From a virus (Duplodnaviria; Caudoviricetes), in IMG/VR virus record IMGVR_UViG_3300014204_013734, positions 224,001 through 288,000 of that record: 64,000 nucleotides of DNA. One strand, written 5' to 3'. How positions within the stretch are numbered: position 1 is the stretch's first letter; each line of letters starts with the position of its first letter. This document shows positions 32,301 to 41,894 of this stretch, piece by piece. The position numbers and the translations under genes are program-made. The notes under the pieces were generated by a model. That model was not told where the DNA came from. It did not search any database and saw only the letters and a program-made list of their open reading frames with translations.

Positions 32301-35300
32301 CGTCTTGTGGTTGATTCTGATCAAGATGTAGCTACGCTGTCCTTATCAGGAGCAACCACGGCAATTATTGCGACACTTGATGGGCAGACCGCTACTGTCC
32401 CCATTCCTGCCGAAACTTCCTTGATCCTTGATTTGACAGGAAAAGGTCAGGTTTTTTGGGGGTCTTTGAGCACTCTTGCAACCAACCGGTCCAAGTGGTC
32501 CTTCGTGCAGACCGGAGTTGCTCCTGATTTTTCAACCCTTTCGGCGGGGTCCGTCCGAGTCGCCACAGAAATGAGCGACCTGCCGGAAGATGATCCCAAC
32601 AATCCGTGGTTTGTAACACAGGGTTTTGGGGATGACCATGTCATTTCTGCTGGAAATCTTGCTATGAAATCCATCGTGTCCAGTGAAACCTTGGACACGA
32701 CTTTCGGATGGACCAGAATAGAGCCCTTTCTGGCAGGTGATGCCAGGGTTGATGCTAGGGCAATGTTCCGTGTTGATTCTGGTACGGCTTCCTCTGGAGA
32801 TGCACAGATTGTCATCAACAACGGCAGCAAGGAAGTCAGGTTGGCGACCTTAGTCTATGCTGAAGGTTTCACGGGAACGGAATACCGGCAATTGGTCAGC
32901 ATGCCTTCTGTTTCCGCGTCCGGCATTATGGATCCGGCCGTCCAGGGATGGACTATCGTTCCAGGTTCCGCCGGGACTTCTTCCAGTGATGAATGGGATT
33001 TGACGGTTACCGCGGGTTCCGGGGTTTCTCGTCGGTGGTTCGCCAATTTGGATGCAACCAGCCTTGGGGCCTTGGATTCAGGTTGGCGCATTTTTGAAAT
33101 GCAGGTCGCCGTTGATTCTTTCACCCCGGATGGTTCCGGGAATGTCGGTATTGGATTGGATGCGGATATTGATACAACCCACGCCCTGGGAATCCGATTG
33201 AAGTCCCCTGGGAAAGTGCAGTTGGTTGACGATACCGGAACGTCCGTTCAGGAATGGACATTTGATTGGGAAGACGGGGATTTCCATTCTTTCCGGGCTT
33301 CCGCCATTTCTGGTGTTGTGTCATTGGCCATTGATGATGTCATTCAGACTCCGACTTTAACTACGGCTTCTTTCTTGGGGGGGTCTGGGGGAAACCTGTG
33401 TGTGTTCGGGGTTTCGTCTCCTTCCGGGGCTTCCAGCGTAACACGGTGGCGGGCAACTGCATTTTCCTGTGTACCTGGGGCTTCCTGCCATAGAACATTC
33501 GGCATCTGGAAGGGGGGGGATGTTGGGTACTTAAATTCCTGGGAAATCCCCAGGACGGATGATACGACGGCCCCGAATTCAGCCGAATTCGGACCTGTTG
33601 TTCAGGATATGGATTGGCAGGCGGGTCCGGTTGAAACACGTCTTCTTTTCGCTCCCGATTGGGGTGTCACATTTTATCGTCCCGACCTTCCATTGCCGCC
33701 CTATTATCAGCCTGAATCCGGAACCCCAGGTACGGGATTCGCTAACCAGATGAATGAACCGTCGGCAGGATGGATCAACGTGGAATGGCCTGATATTCCT
33801 TTGGTTCCATCAACCTTCGGATTTGTGTCGTTTGGAGCTTTGGAAAATGAATCTTCTACGCGTCAGCGTTGGAACTGGGTCCGTTATCGTATCTTCAAGG
33901 CCCTTTTGGAAGATCACATAGCCCCGCAGCATATGGTCATTGGTCAGGCGGGTGTGACGACCAGCGGCGAAATCACAAAAGACGTGGAACAAGAAGTTGT
34001 CATCGTCCAAACCTTGACGGCACAAAGCTTGACCCTTCTTCCTACCAACCTGAACGCCGCTTCCATTTGGAAGGTAATAGACGGCGCCCGTATCCTGACA
34101 CAGGAATCGTGGACCTTTGACATTGGATTGCAGATACTTACGTTGAATGACGGTATTCTATTTTCATCGGAACATGCTGCCGTTACCGTAGTGTTTATTC
34201 CGGGGTTGCCGAATACAAAAACGTATCTTCAGGTTCAGCCCCTTTTGGATAGCATCACGCTGCTGAACGAAGGAACTCCTCCAGTTCCCCAAAGCCAGAC
34301 AATGGCGTCGGAAAAAGAAATTGTTTACGGGTCATTGTTAGGGGATCCAAATGCCCCCTTGGGTGGAATCCTTCTTCTGAATGATCCTTATCGGGTGTTG
34401 AAGTTGAAAAATGATCCTTCATCCCTGTACGAAAACCTGGAATTTATTCAGGTTACTAATGGGGGCTTTTCCGGCGGTATTGCCATTGCCGGGGAAGGAA
34501 TGATCGGCCAAGGATTTTCCGGTTGGTCTAATGCCAAGGAAGACATTCCAAGCGGGCTTTCGGCTGAAGGTGACGATGTCATTTACGAACCATCAGGGGC
34601 GGGTAGTGTCGGCAGTATAGGGTGTGAAGGAGAAATCCCCGGATTCAAGGGCAGTACGCCTTTGTGTCCGACTGATGAAGTAGTTGGCAGGGCGGTAGGA
34701 GCCCATGTCATGGATTTCCGCGGAACCATGTTCTGGCAGGAAAATAAGACTCCGGCGCGCGAAGATTTTGAACAAGGCGCCGGGATGCCGGGTTGCTTCC
34801 TTTACGCTTCAGGCGGTTCCTACATGGGTCCGGTGGTAGACAGCCAAGGCCAAATCATTGGTTCTGCTCCGCTTGGGGGCCATATCGGTCCAGGTTGCGC
34901 CGTTCTCATGCCCAACTTCCCGTCCAACAATGTTGTGGCGGGTCGTGATGGGGGTAAGGTTCACAGACGAACGGAATGGGTCATGCAGTTGCGTTCCGTT
35001 TCCCGCATTGTGGCAAATTCTGTAGGCGGGTATACGGTAGTGGATATTCCGTTGCGGGAGACTGTTCAATGGCCAGGGGCGGATAATGTTCCGCCAAGCA
35101 GACCGTCTTCCTGGAGGGACAACCCAAGCGGTTTGCCCAACCCCAACGGACGGGGTGCCGTTCTTATGGTTATGACCGGGGCTGGGGATTATTCCCACGT
35201 CGGTCCTTGGGGAGGTTTAGGTTCTTTGACACCGACACCTGATTCAGGATTCTTTGAATTTGACCCTGCCGCCCTTCAAGACGGGGATCAGGTAGCTGTT

Positions 35301-35756
35301 GAAAAGGAACCTGGAGGTATTTCCATCCTCTTTACCGCTAGGACGGTTCCGACGGCCCCTCGGGAGTTCGCCATAGCACCTTCGCCGCATGTGAACTTGG
35401 CGAATGTCATCAACACGGATCCGGTAGCCGGGGCGTTGGTAACGGCAACAGCGGGATTGACATGGACGGGGGTTCCTTCCGTTCTGGTAGAGTCGGTCCT
35501 GCCGGTAACAGCAACTAACATGGTGACAATTTGGAGTGGAAATGTCGCTGCCATTTGGCTGGTTGGGGTCATCAACGAACCGGCCGGAAGGGGCTTGTTG
35601 ACGGGAGGGGCGAAGATAACTCAAAGTTCCTTGATAGCAGGAGGTTATTCTACTGTTCCCGGTGGATTCCATGACCCGAAACTTGGTTTTGTCTGTCTCG
35701 GAGGAACGGTGCTTCCTGTAGGGCTGGAAACCGTCAGGATCGTTTATTCTCCGTAA
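29361..35756 (+). CDS. Large virion structural protein (2131 aa), very Trp-rich
   Basis: GTGA overlap with the upstream gene. Gly-aromatic N-terminal repeats, beta-sandwich-like segments and an internal Cys4 ribbon. Confidence 0.7.
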   Translation: MIGRLPQVTLPRDCFATGPFGAGPFPPPGWENLLGCPANPDNAGFGGVAWTTYPIPEDLPGGGLFGLSPFGSVVTPAPPIPVDRMVPVRMGAPTRDGGDLGGDSGWGGMDWGGDPWGLGGSAAAGLLEGAVSLNGYEIEVFFSEGSGPTSASAYGLAPIMGAPSTVVDARQTSVSIIITHTGTTLGGFYTLSVSLDTGIESVTLYTKGDMPPFVIQPTDSGEDIVFTFAERMLTAAQGSDIDDPASYGFTSVPDYPIFLTPTRIDHPWTGNAAKVHMTVKGMTSLRYGCKISPALAWNWTGAVLPSEDPTLDGREVNPGQGTSTIAENTMWLSRPIFNVYGWEFLDLSGRLTTTATFRADFEFNAESMICHPPILAFDNPKVGDLIVEDGPGGTRINIQLRQSQNEDWLRIWSGTFNTFIRQPWSIGTNVITVIRNTKAGIWAFLFNGTPFLSVLLADLDGPAEGDAPGVIWKFVGDEWFSLEAFNLRNVKVTASSTVWSGSWNFLHESMSNFTGSAILARDHVMTRRGPLVKDWGDATPATKADVSVLVCGVPVGVADVNPFIGKIIPDIPIPMMPLGDPLGDVKLDYYWQASPVMGMVLNMPGLVMGQWDRKDIGPHYPVEHGQPYTAWVENGVLEGFIIPEPAHDFPKCRVCGSDLVDLGPPFWWCVNPTCANFHVKLIPSWEDLNPVRFPMGTVLGPVSRPDPLHIGHRYIGFQREYSALLGSPTTLLLGVNPMASSVDNFKRDVQGISFVYDGTAAPNLSDPVWSLTGTDSGHLDVGEGTWTLVDADPGPWTPVDPAVALWGKEIDLTFPAAITVVTRFQIEDADNLFGTDANILQPDGVFTGVGFGVHDNHRLWLAGTLLVNGLQHVGMLLDARRIHFLDGWYVGPLAVTTFDDRNTFRWTTADAPSDFQAGRRFQILSGPQMGVWTASTVLRHCDGTMTVTVDTPLPADPTRWGCGSATVVFETPWSGKPSTYRLVVDSDQDVATLSLSGATTAIIATLDGQTATVPIPAETSLILDLTGKGQVFWGSLSTLATNRSKWSFVQTGVAPDFSTLSAGSVRVATEMSDLPEDDPNNPWFVTQGFGDDHVISAGNLAMKSIVSSETLDTTFGWTRIEPFLAGDARVDARAMFRVDSGTASSGDAQIVINNGSKEVRLATLVYAEGFTGTEYRQLVSMPSVSASGIMDPAVQGWTIVPGSAGTSSSDEWDLTVTAGSGVSRRWFANLDATSLGALDSGWRIFEMQVAVDSFTPDGSGNVGIGLDADIDTTHALGIRLKSPGKVQLVDDTGTSVQEWTFDWEDGDFHSFRASAISGVVSLAIDDVIQTPTLTTASFLGGSGGNLCVFGVSSPSGASSVTRWRATAFSCVPGASCHRTFGIWKGGDVGYLNSWEIPRTDDTTAPNSAEFGPVVQDMDWQAGPVETRLLFAPDWGVTFYRPDLPLPPYYQPESGTPGTGFANQMNEPSAGWINVEWPDIPLVPSTFGFVSFGALENESSTRQRWNWVRYRIFKALLEDHIAPQHMVIGQAGVTTSGEITKDVEQEVVIVQTLTAQSLTLLPTNLNAASIWKVIDGARILTQESWTFDIGLQILTLNDGILFSSEHAAVTVVFIPGLPNTKTYLQVQPLLDSITLLNEGTPPVPQSQTMASEKEIVYGSLLGDPNAPLGGILLLNDPYRVLKLKNDPSSLYENLEFIQVTNGGFSGGIAIAGEGMIGQGFSGWSNAKEDIPSGLSAEGDDVIYEPSGAGSVGSIGCEGEIPGFKGSTPLCPTDEVVGRAVGAHVMDFRGTMFWQENKTPAREDFEQGAGMPGCFLYASGGSYMGPVVDSQGQIIGSAPLGGHIGPGCAVLMPNFPSNNVVAGRDGGKVHRRTEWVMQLRSVSRIVANSVGGYTVVDIPLRETVQWPGADNVPPSRPSSWRDNPSGLPNPNGRGAVLMVMTGAGDYSHVGPWGGLGSLTPTPDSGFFEFDPAALQDGDQVAVEKEPGGISILFTARTVPTAPREFAIAPSPHVNLANVINTDPVAGALVTATAGLTWTGVPSVLVESVLPVTATNMVTIWSGNVAAIWLVGVINEPAGRGLLTGGAKITQSSLIAGGYSTVPGGFHDPKLGFVCLGGTVLPVGLETVRIVYSP

Positions 35757-35757
35757 A

Positions 35758-35780
35758 TTAACCGCCTATGGTTTGCCCTT
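35758..35780 (+). promoter_or_regulatory. Recurring intergenic motif copy 3
   Basis: TTA-ACCGCC-TATGG-TTTG-CCCTT. Confidence 0.45.
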
Positions 35781-35844
35781 TGGCGGGGATGGGAACCAGC
35801 CCCCCCGTTTTAATGGGGCGCGGCAACATACAAGGATAGATAAA

Positions 35845-36507
35845 ATGAGATTCAAAGAACACATGAATCCTATCAAACAGCAGGGTTGGAACATGGGTCT
35901 GGGGATGCGTTTTGAAGAACCCGAACGATTCATGTCCAGGGGTACCGGCGTGTTCTTCATGAAGATGTGGGATGCCAGGACTGGTGAAATCCTGCTTGAT
36001 CGTGAGGTAAAAAATATACTTGTGTATGATTCAGGAATCATCGGCGCCCGACTTTTTAAGAATTCGGCCGAACCGAGACCCGGTTACAACAACGGGCTTC
36101 ACATGTTGGCGGTTGGGACTGGGGCCACTGGTAATGCTACATCTCCTGATGCCCCGCAGCCGACGCAGCGTAGGTTGAACAACGAAATCTGTCGGAAGTT
36201 GTTTTCGGCTACACAATTCCGAAACACAAACGGCGTTGCGGTGTCTTTTCCGACAAACATTGTGGATTTCACGACTACTTACGGGGAAGGGGAAGCGGTT
36301 GGTACATTGAACGAGATGGCCCTTTTCCATACCTATTCCCCGAATCCTGACCAGAAGAATCTGATTCCGGCGGACAAGAGTGGGGCACATTACGACCCGT
36401 CTTTTGATGTTACAAATTACGACATCATGGTGAATTACATTACATTTTCAATTATCAGCAAACCGAGTACCGCAGTGCTTTCAATTACTTGGAGGCTGAC
36501 TTTCTAG
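35845..36507 (+). CDS. Tail-fibre anchor / tail-collar-type protein (DUF3751-like N-terminal fibre fold)
   Basis: LAVGTGA...PTQRRLNNEICRK...VDFTTTYGEGEAVGTLNEMALF...SKPSTAVLSITWRLTF. Likely start is ATG 35845, after an AAGGA SD. Confidence 0.65.
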   Translation: MRFKEHMNPIKQQGWNMGLGMRFEEPERFMSRGTGVFFMKMWDARTGEILLDREVKNILVYDSGIIGARLFKNSAEPRPGYNNGLHMLAVGTGATGNATSPDAPQPTQRRLNNEICRKLFSATQFRNTNGVAVSFPTNIVDFTTTYGEGEAVGTLNEMALFHTYSPNPDQKNLIPADKSGAHYDPSFDVTNYDIMVNYITFSIISKPSTAVLSITWRLTF

Positions 36508-37457
36508 TGGAAACCGTCACCTGCCAAATCTGCGGTATGCAACGGAAACAGCTTCGGATGCACCTTCAGGCTGTTCACGGTCTGACTTGCGACCAATATT
36601 TGGAAACCTATCCAGGGAACAGGGTTGAAATCACCCGGCAAAAAAGATCCCTAGAATGTCGAGCCAAACAGGCGGAAGCTGCCCGCAAACGGTGGGCCAA
36701 CCCCGGTAACAGGAAAAAACAATCAGAAACCTTGAAGAGAAAGGCTCCGTGGAAAGGAAAACATCTGAGCGAATCCCACAAACAGGCTATATCGGAAGGA
36801 GGCCGCGGAACGATTCATCGGCTTACTGATTCCCATCGTCAATTTTTGGCTGATCGTGGTAGGAAATTCCTGGAATCCCTCAATGGTGACCCCAAGATTC
36901 GGAGAAAAAGGTCTGCTGTTGCTAAACGCCGTTTTGCTTCTGGGGAACTTTTCGGTTTTCGGAAACCTGGTGTGTTTGATAAAATAATGGCTTCCAAAGT
37001 GGCTAATGGAACCGTTGTTCCAAACGGGTCCGGGCGGGGCATATGCGGGTTCAGGAAAGATATTTCCCATTACTGCCGAAGCACGTTGGAAGCAAATTTC
37101 GCCCGCATTCTGCTTCATGAAGGGGTTCTTTACGAATACGAACCGAAAGTGTTTGATCTGAAGGGTAAGAAAGTCGTTCCTGACTTTTATCTGCATTCTT
37201 CATTGGGGGATGTTCCGGCCGGTTGGGTTGAATTGAAAGGGTGGAGGAAAGCGGATGGCTCATTCCCCCGAATGGAACCTTTTATCTTGGAAGCCCTGAA
37301 GAATCAGGGAGTGAAAGTCTTTATTCTTTGTCAACATGATGATTTGTGGAAACATCTTGAAGCAGTCTATTCAAGTAAAATTCTTTGGGAAAACGCACAG
37401 AACAATTTACGGGCGAACCCGGAAATGTTCGGTACGTCCGTTTCACTTGGAGGTTAA
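36507..37457 (+). mobile_element. Free-standing homing-type endonuclease: C2H2 finger, NUMOD3-like helices and PD-(D/E)XK nuclease
   Basis: CQICG...HLQAVH; WKGKHLSESHKQAISEG; RSTLEANFARIL...YEYEP...PDFYL...VELKG. Basic and more A-rich than its neighbours. Likely start is GTG 36507 (TAGTG overlap, GGAGG SD). Confidence 0.7.
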
Positions 37458-37464
37458 CGTTCTG

Positions 37465-38238
37465 ATGGCAAAGACACTTTTGGAACACTGGGGACCGACA
37501 CTTCAAGAAAAGCGGACTGCGGCAAGGTTGGACTTTCGGGTGTTTCCCAAAGCCGGGACTTATAGGGCAGTTTGGTTGATTCCGTCAGAGGCATGGTCGG
37601 AAAAAGCACAAAAAGGTTATGCCCTGGATGAAGAAATCAAGGAAGCAGAAGAGGCATTTCACAAATATCTGAATACTGAACGGGATATGATCGCCCAAAT
37701 GCGGTCAAAACGCGAAAAAGCAAAATGGTGGGAATGGTGGCTTGATTTATACAAGACTACAGAAAAGGTGCTTGCACGTCTTGATGAATGGGAAGCACAG
37801 CTTGAAGCTTTGGAAAGGGCGAACACCCCTACCGAAATGAAAGAAACGCATGTGCCAACAACTTCTCCGGGAACGTGGAACGATAAAAAGTTGATTTTCG
37901 GGAAAAACGGTTGGCCTATCGTTAAAAGGGGGCATCTTGTACAAGACCTTGAAAAGGCTGGTCCTAATGCCATCTTGAAGTTGACAAACATGGGTGTCGT
38001 TTTGGACGACAAACCCGGTTGGGCCGAATCAGCCAAACAGACCAAAAATGCGTTGGCATTTCTTGAAAGTCGGGAAAAGTCCTTGTTCAATGCTATGTCC
38101 GCCGAAGCTGAAAAGATACGAAACAATGCGAAAGCGGTTGCAGACAAGGCTTTGCTGGACGCCAAGGTAAAATATCCCCTGGTAGATCCTGAATTGTTTC
38201 GTATGACAATTCCGCAGATCCTCGTAGCTCGGAAATGA
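37465..38238 (+). CDS. Hypothetical charged, helical protein (~257 aa)
   Basis: GGAGG SD before ATG 37465. Lys/Glu-rich composition unlike the flanking structural genes. Confidence 0.65.
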   Translation: MAKTLLEHWGPTLQEKRTAARLDFRVFPKAGTYRAVWLIPSEAWSEKAQKGYALDEEIKEAEEAFHKYLNTERDMIAQMRSKREKAKWWEWWLDLYKTTEKVLARLDEWEAQLEALERANTPTEMKETHVPTTSPGTWNDKKLIFGKNGWPIVKRGHLVQDLEKAGPNAILKLTNMGVVLDDKPGWAESAKQTKNALAFLESREKSLFNAMSAEAEKIRNNAKAVADKALLDAKVKYPLVDPELFRMTIPQILVARK

Positions 38239-38249
38239 CGGAGATTTGA

Positions 38250-41200
38250 ATGTCTGTTAAAGACCGCACCCGGCGATATGACGGGATCCGGGACATTACC
38301 GGAGCCGTTCCGGTTCCAAACGCCGTCTCCCGAGACATGCAGTTCGGCGACCGTGCGTTCACCGGAACCATCTGGCAATCTGGGAAACCTGTTCTGGATT
38401 CCGAATTGGCCATGCACCAGGATTCCGCTTGGTGGGAAAACTACCTTCTCCGTCGATGGCAAGTGCCTTCAGGCTGGCTTCGTGGCCAGTCTCGGCAAGA
38501 TGCCCGGACGGATTGGGTACTCGGTATCATCCCCGATGGGGATCCTGTCCCGAACGACTGCACGCCCACGACATCTGTCGGCGGCGGGCATATTCACTAT
38601 CCTCAAACCATTGGGGAACCTGCCGTATTGATGGATGCTTTGGCTCTGAAACGGGTTGAAGCTATCGTAGCCGGATTGCCTATTGTCGTTGAATACGCTT
38701 GGACAGATACGGAAGGGTTTAACTTGATCGTTCTGGAACCACCTCCGTCTGACCAGCAGCACGGGGCTATTCCCAGGACGGATTTTGTATTTTTGGAAGT
38801 TTGGCTTGCCTTGGTAGCTCCGAGCCCGAAGGCTACAGGTCAAGTCCAGGTAGACGCGATCCTTATGTTGGACGGGGACACTTTGTCCGTTGGGGGAACG
38901 GCCCTTGTCGGGCGTACAAGTGTCGTACCCGGCACCTTCTACATTGACACGACCAGCAGCACGGTGACGGCAACCAATATTGCCAACGCTCTTAATACCA
39001 TTGCCCCGTTCAGTACGTTGGTTGCGGCGAAGTCCGCTATTGACGTAGTAACGATTGAAGCGTTGGAACCCGGGGCAACAGGAAATTCCATCACCTTAGC
39101 CAAGTCTTCGGCGGGCCTTCAGGTTTCTGGTCCAACCCTTGTAAACGGGGCAGACCGGCCTAACAAACCTGCTACGGAACAAGCAAAACTGTATCGTCAC
39201 GGTTGTACCCAATCCCCATCAGCAACTTGGTTAGATGATGAAATCGTTGATCCGGTTGTTGATTCTGAAACGACACAGCGCATTCAGGTGCAGTGGCGCA
39301 TCCGTACAGCAACGGATGATGCAATCAACTACAAAATCCATCCTGACGGATTTTCCAACGGCGACAGTGGTTCCATAGGCGGTTCCATCGGGACCCCGAT
39401 GATCACAGCACAGGGTGCTACGGTAGCCCCGGTTGTCGGATACCCCTTCGTGCCGGCAGATAAGACATCCATTTGGTTGAATTCTTCTGCTCCAGCCTGG
39501 GGTGTTGACGACAGCGGTTTGTGGGTTGCCGGGGACGGTTCCAACGAAGCCGTGAAGGATTTAGGGACTTTGGACGGATTCGTTTACGCGATCCCTATGG
39601 CTTTTGTATTCAGGCACAATGATGTTTCTACGGATGCCAGTGGGTGGACGGCAGCGCATAACGCCAATGGTGGCCCATTGTTCCTGCATTTGGGTTACAC
39701 GACTGGAGGCAATGGGCTTGGAACGATTCCGGCCGGTCTTTCTGATCGTCCTGATGGGGGCTTTTCGGATGTTGTTGATGGGGAATATTTGTTGGATCTT
39801 CGCAGGAATGTGTTGTTCCAGGGGGTTGATACGGCTTCCGAATTGGATTATCAAATCCAGTCTCTTTTGGACGGCAACAACCGGACCTGGGCAATTGATT
39901 CCGCTACCAAATACGGTTCGCAATCCCTTCAAGCCGATGTTGGAACTCGGTTCCTTATCTGCAATGTGATTGGTCGTGACCCGTCCGACCCCTTCACTGC
40001 CGATGTAGGTGAATACATCCGGAACTTTGACCATGTTTGCCGTCGGTTTGCTGGACAACCGGTCGTTGAACGGGTCGTGTTCGCCTTCTGGCCTGGGGAC
40101 AGGGATTCCGGAGTGCCAGTCGCTCCCGGTCTTGTCAACCCAGGCAAATATGTGACCAAGACGGGTTCCACTTCCACTTGGGTCAAAGGGGATGTTCTTC
40201 ATCTTGATCTGTCCAAATGGAATGTATCTACCAACGGCAGCATCTTCCATGGCGGGGATGGTGGTGGGGCGTCCGAGTCCGGTTTGAATTGGACAGATGT
40301 CATTCCTGACGGTACGGCTATTACGGACGTATTGTCCATTTGGCATGATGACGGTTTTTGGTCTTTGAACCCTCTGGATGCTATTGACCAGCGGTGTCAT
40401 CCTGATATTGTCAAGGGACTCGGAACTCCGCATCTTGAAATCCATTTGGATGAAAACACGTCGGTCGCTAATGGCGGTTTGAATGGGGGAACCCCCCGTT
40501 CCCTTGTTGCTCTTTCTCCTGCAACCGGATCTCCACGCAGGATATTTGTTGAAGTTGAAATCACCTATCCGATGGGTATTGGCACCACGGACACTCCTAT
40601 GTGGCCCGTTACCCCCGATTCTACCGTTTGGAATGGGACTGATACAGGTCACGCAACCACTCAGTTAAGGCCCGGTCCTGGCCCTCAACTTGTGGCTGAT
40701 GTCACGTGCATTCCGGTAGACCAGTCTACACGTCTTGCCCCGAGATTCCGGCAGGGTTTTCGTGAAATCCAACTTGATTACGCGGCCAACGGGAAGGATC
40801 ATACGCCCCAAGCGGCAACGCAAGTTTCAGAAAATCCGGCTGTTGAGCCTTTGATGGGGATCGTCAGCCGGACAGATTTGACCCTATATCCTCCGCGGCG
40901 ATTTTGGGATGATGGCGTAGTAGGGCACGGGTTGATCGTCAAGGACGTGTCAAGCGGCGGCCCGGTCACGATGACGGTTTTAGTTGATACCACGGACTAC
41001 GGAAGCAGTTCCCGATTGGTGACTTTGACGCATCCATTGTCATCGCCGCAAGCTTTGTGCCGGTTTGATTATTATGCCCAAGACCCGATCCCGAACTACG
41101 GGACGGATGTTGGTTATACCGTGGCTGTCTACTATCGGGCGTCAGCCCCGCAGACGGCAGGTATCATTGAAGGGGACATGACTACCGGTGGTGGTCAGGG

Positions 41201-41885
41201 GGGGACGGTTCCGACTACACTCCTCATTGAACCGCTTCGGGTGAACCCCAGAACGTTTACAGCGCAGGTCGGTATGGGTTCCGTTGATGCAGCTTTCCCT
41301 TACGCCTCCCCCATGGACCAGATTCCGGCCATGGAAGGTGAAGCGACCTTGATGGGGACGCCTAACCCGCAGGCCTGGGAATGGTTCTTCTGCGCTTCGG
41401 CGGACGTGACTGTCGGGGACTTTGACGCTTCAACCGGCATGCTGGCTTTGCATTCCATGGTAGAAGCGGATACTCAGGAAAACTGGCAGCTTGGCGGGAC
41501 GAATAACTTCCAATATCCCCGGAAGGACATTGAATTCAGGGCGTTGTATCCTTGGGTTGAAGGAATTTCCGGTTATCGGCCGACAATCATGGCGCAGCCG
41601 ATATTTGGTTCAACCCGGCACAAAGTATTTGTGCCCATGTTGGCCCGTATCGTTGAAACGGTTCCGGGCGCCTATGGGGGCATCTTATTCAGAAAGAACG
41701 AAGTTGTTTTGGTCGTCTTGACCCGGTTTGCCGAACTAGATGATGAAAACACGGTACGTTTCATCGGGGGACTGGATGTTCCAGGAACCCCTGAATATGC
41801 GAGTGAACGTGCAAACGCATTTGCAAACAAGACCTGTGCAGCCGTCTACCGGACACGCAACATGCTTTTGGTTGTTGGAAAATAG
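38250..41885 (+). CDS. DUF6519-like tail/baseplate-associated protein, paralogue A (1211 aa)
   Basis: RAFTGTIWQSGKPVLDSEL, RTDFVFLEVW and DPVVDSETTQRIQVQWRIR resemble the DUF6519 N-terminal pattern. Collinear with 53323-59859. Confidence 0.6.
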   Translation: MSVKDRTRRYDGIRDITGAVPVPNAVSRDMQFGDRAFTGTIWQSGKPVLDSELAMHQDSAWWENYLLRRWQVPSGWLRGQSRQDARTDWVLGIIPDGDPVPNDCTPTTSVGGGHIHYPQTIGEPAVLMDALALKRVEAIVAGLPIVVEYAWTDTEGFNLIVLEPPPSDQQHGAIPRTDFVFLEVWLALVAPSPKATGQVQVDAILMLDGDTLSVGGTALVGRTSVVPGTFYIDTTSSTVTATNIANALNTIAPFSTLVAAKSAIDVVTIEALEPGATGNSITLAKSSAGLQVSGPTLVNGADRPNKPATEQAKLYRHGCTQSPSATWLDDEIVDPVVDSETTQRIQVQWRIRTATDDAINYKIHPDGFSNGDSGSIGGSIGTPMITAQGATVAPVVGYPFVPADKTSIWLNSSAPAWGVDDSGLWVAGDGSNEAVKDLGTLDGFVYAIPMAFVFRHNDVSTDASGWTAAHNANGGPLFLHLGYTTGGNGLGTIPAGLSDRPDGGFSDVVDGEYLLDLRRNVLFQGVDTASELDYQIQSLLDGNNRTWAIDSATKYGSQSLQADVGTRFLICNVIGRDPSDPFTADVGEYIRNFDHVCRRFAGQPVVERVVFAFWPGDRDSGVPVAPGLVNPGKYVTKTGSTSTWVKGDVLHLDLSKWNVSTNGSIFHGGDGGGASESGLNWTDVIPDGTAITDVLSIWHDDGFWSLNPLDAIDQRCHPDIVKGLGTPHLEIHLDENTSVANGGLNGGTPRSLVALSPATGSPRRIFVEVEITYPMGIGTTDTPMWPVTPDSTVWNGTDTGHATTQLRPGPGPQLVADVTCIPVDQSTRLAPRFRQGFREIQLDYAANGKDHTPQAATQVSENPAVEPLMGIVSRTDLTLYPPRRFWDDGVVGHGLIVKDVSSGGPVTMTVLVDTTDYGSSSRLVTLTHPLSSPQALCRFDYYAQDPIPNYGTDVGYTVAVYYRASAPQTAGIIEGDMTTGGGQGGTVPTTLLIEPLRVNPRTFTAQVGMGSVDAAFPYASPMDQIPAMEGEATLMGTPNPQAWEWFFCASADVTVGDFDASTGMLALHSMVEADTQENWQLGGTNNFQYPRKDIEFRALYPWVEGISGYRPTIMAQPIFGSTRHKVFVPMLARIVETVPGAYGGILFRKNEVVLVVLTRFAELDDENTVRFIGGLDVPGTPEYASERANAFANKTCAAVYRTRNMLLVVGK

Positions 41886-41894
41886 GAGCCCAGG

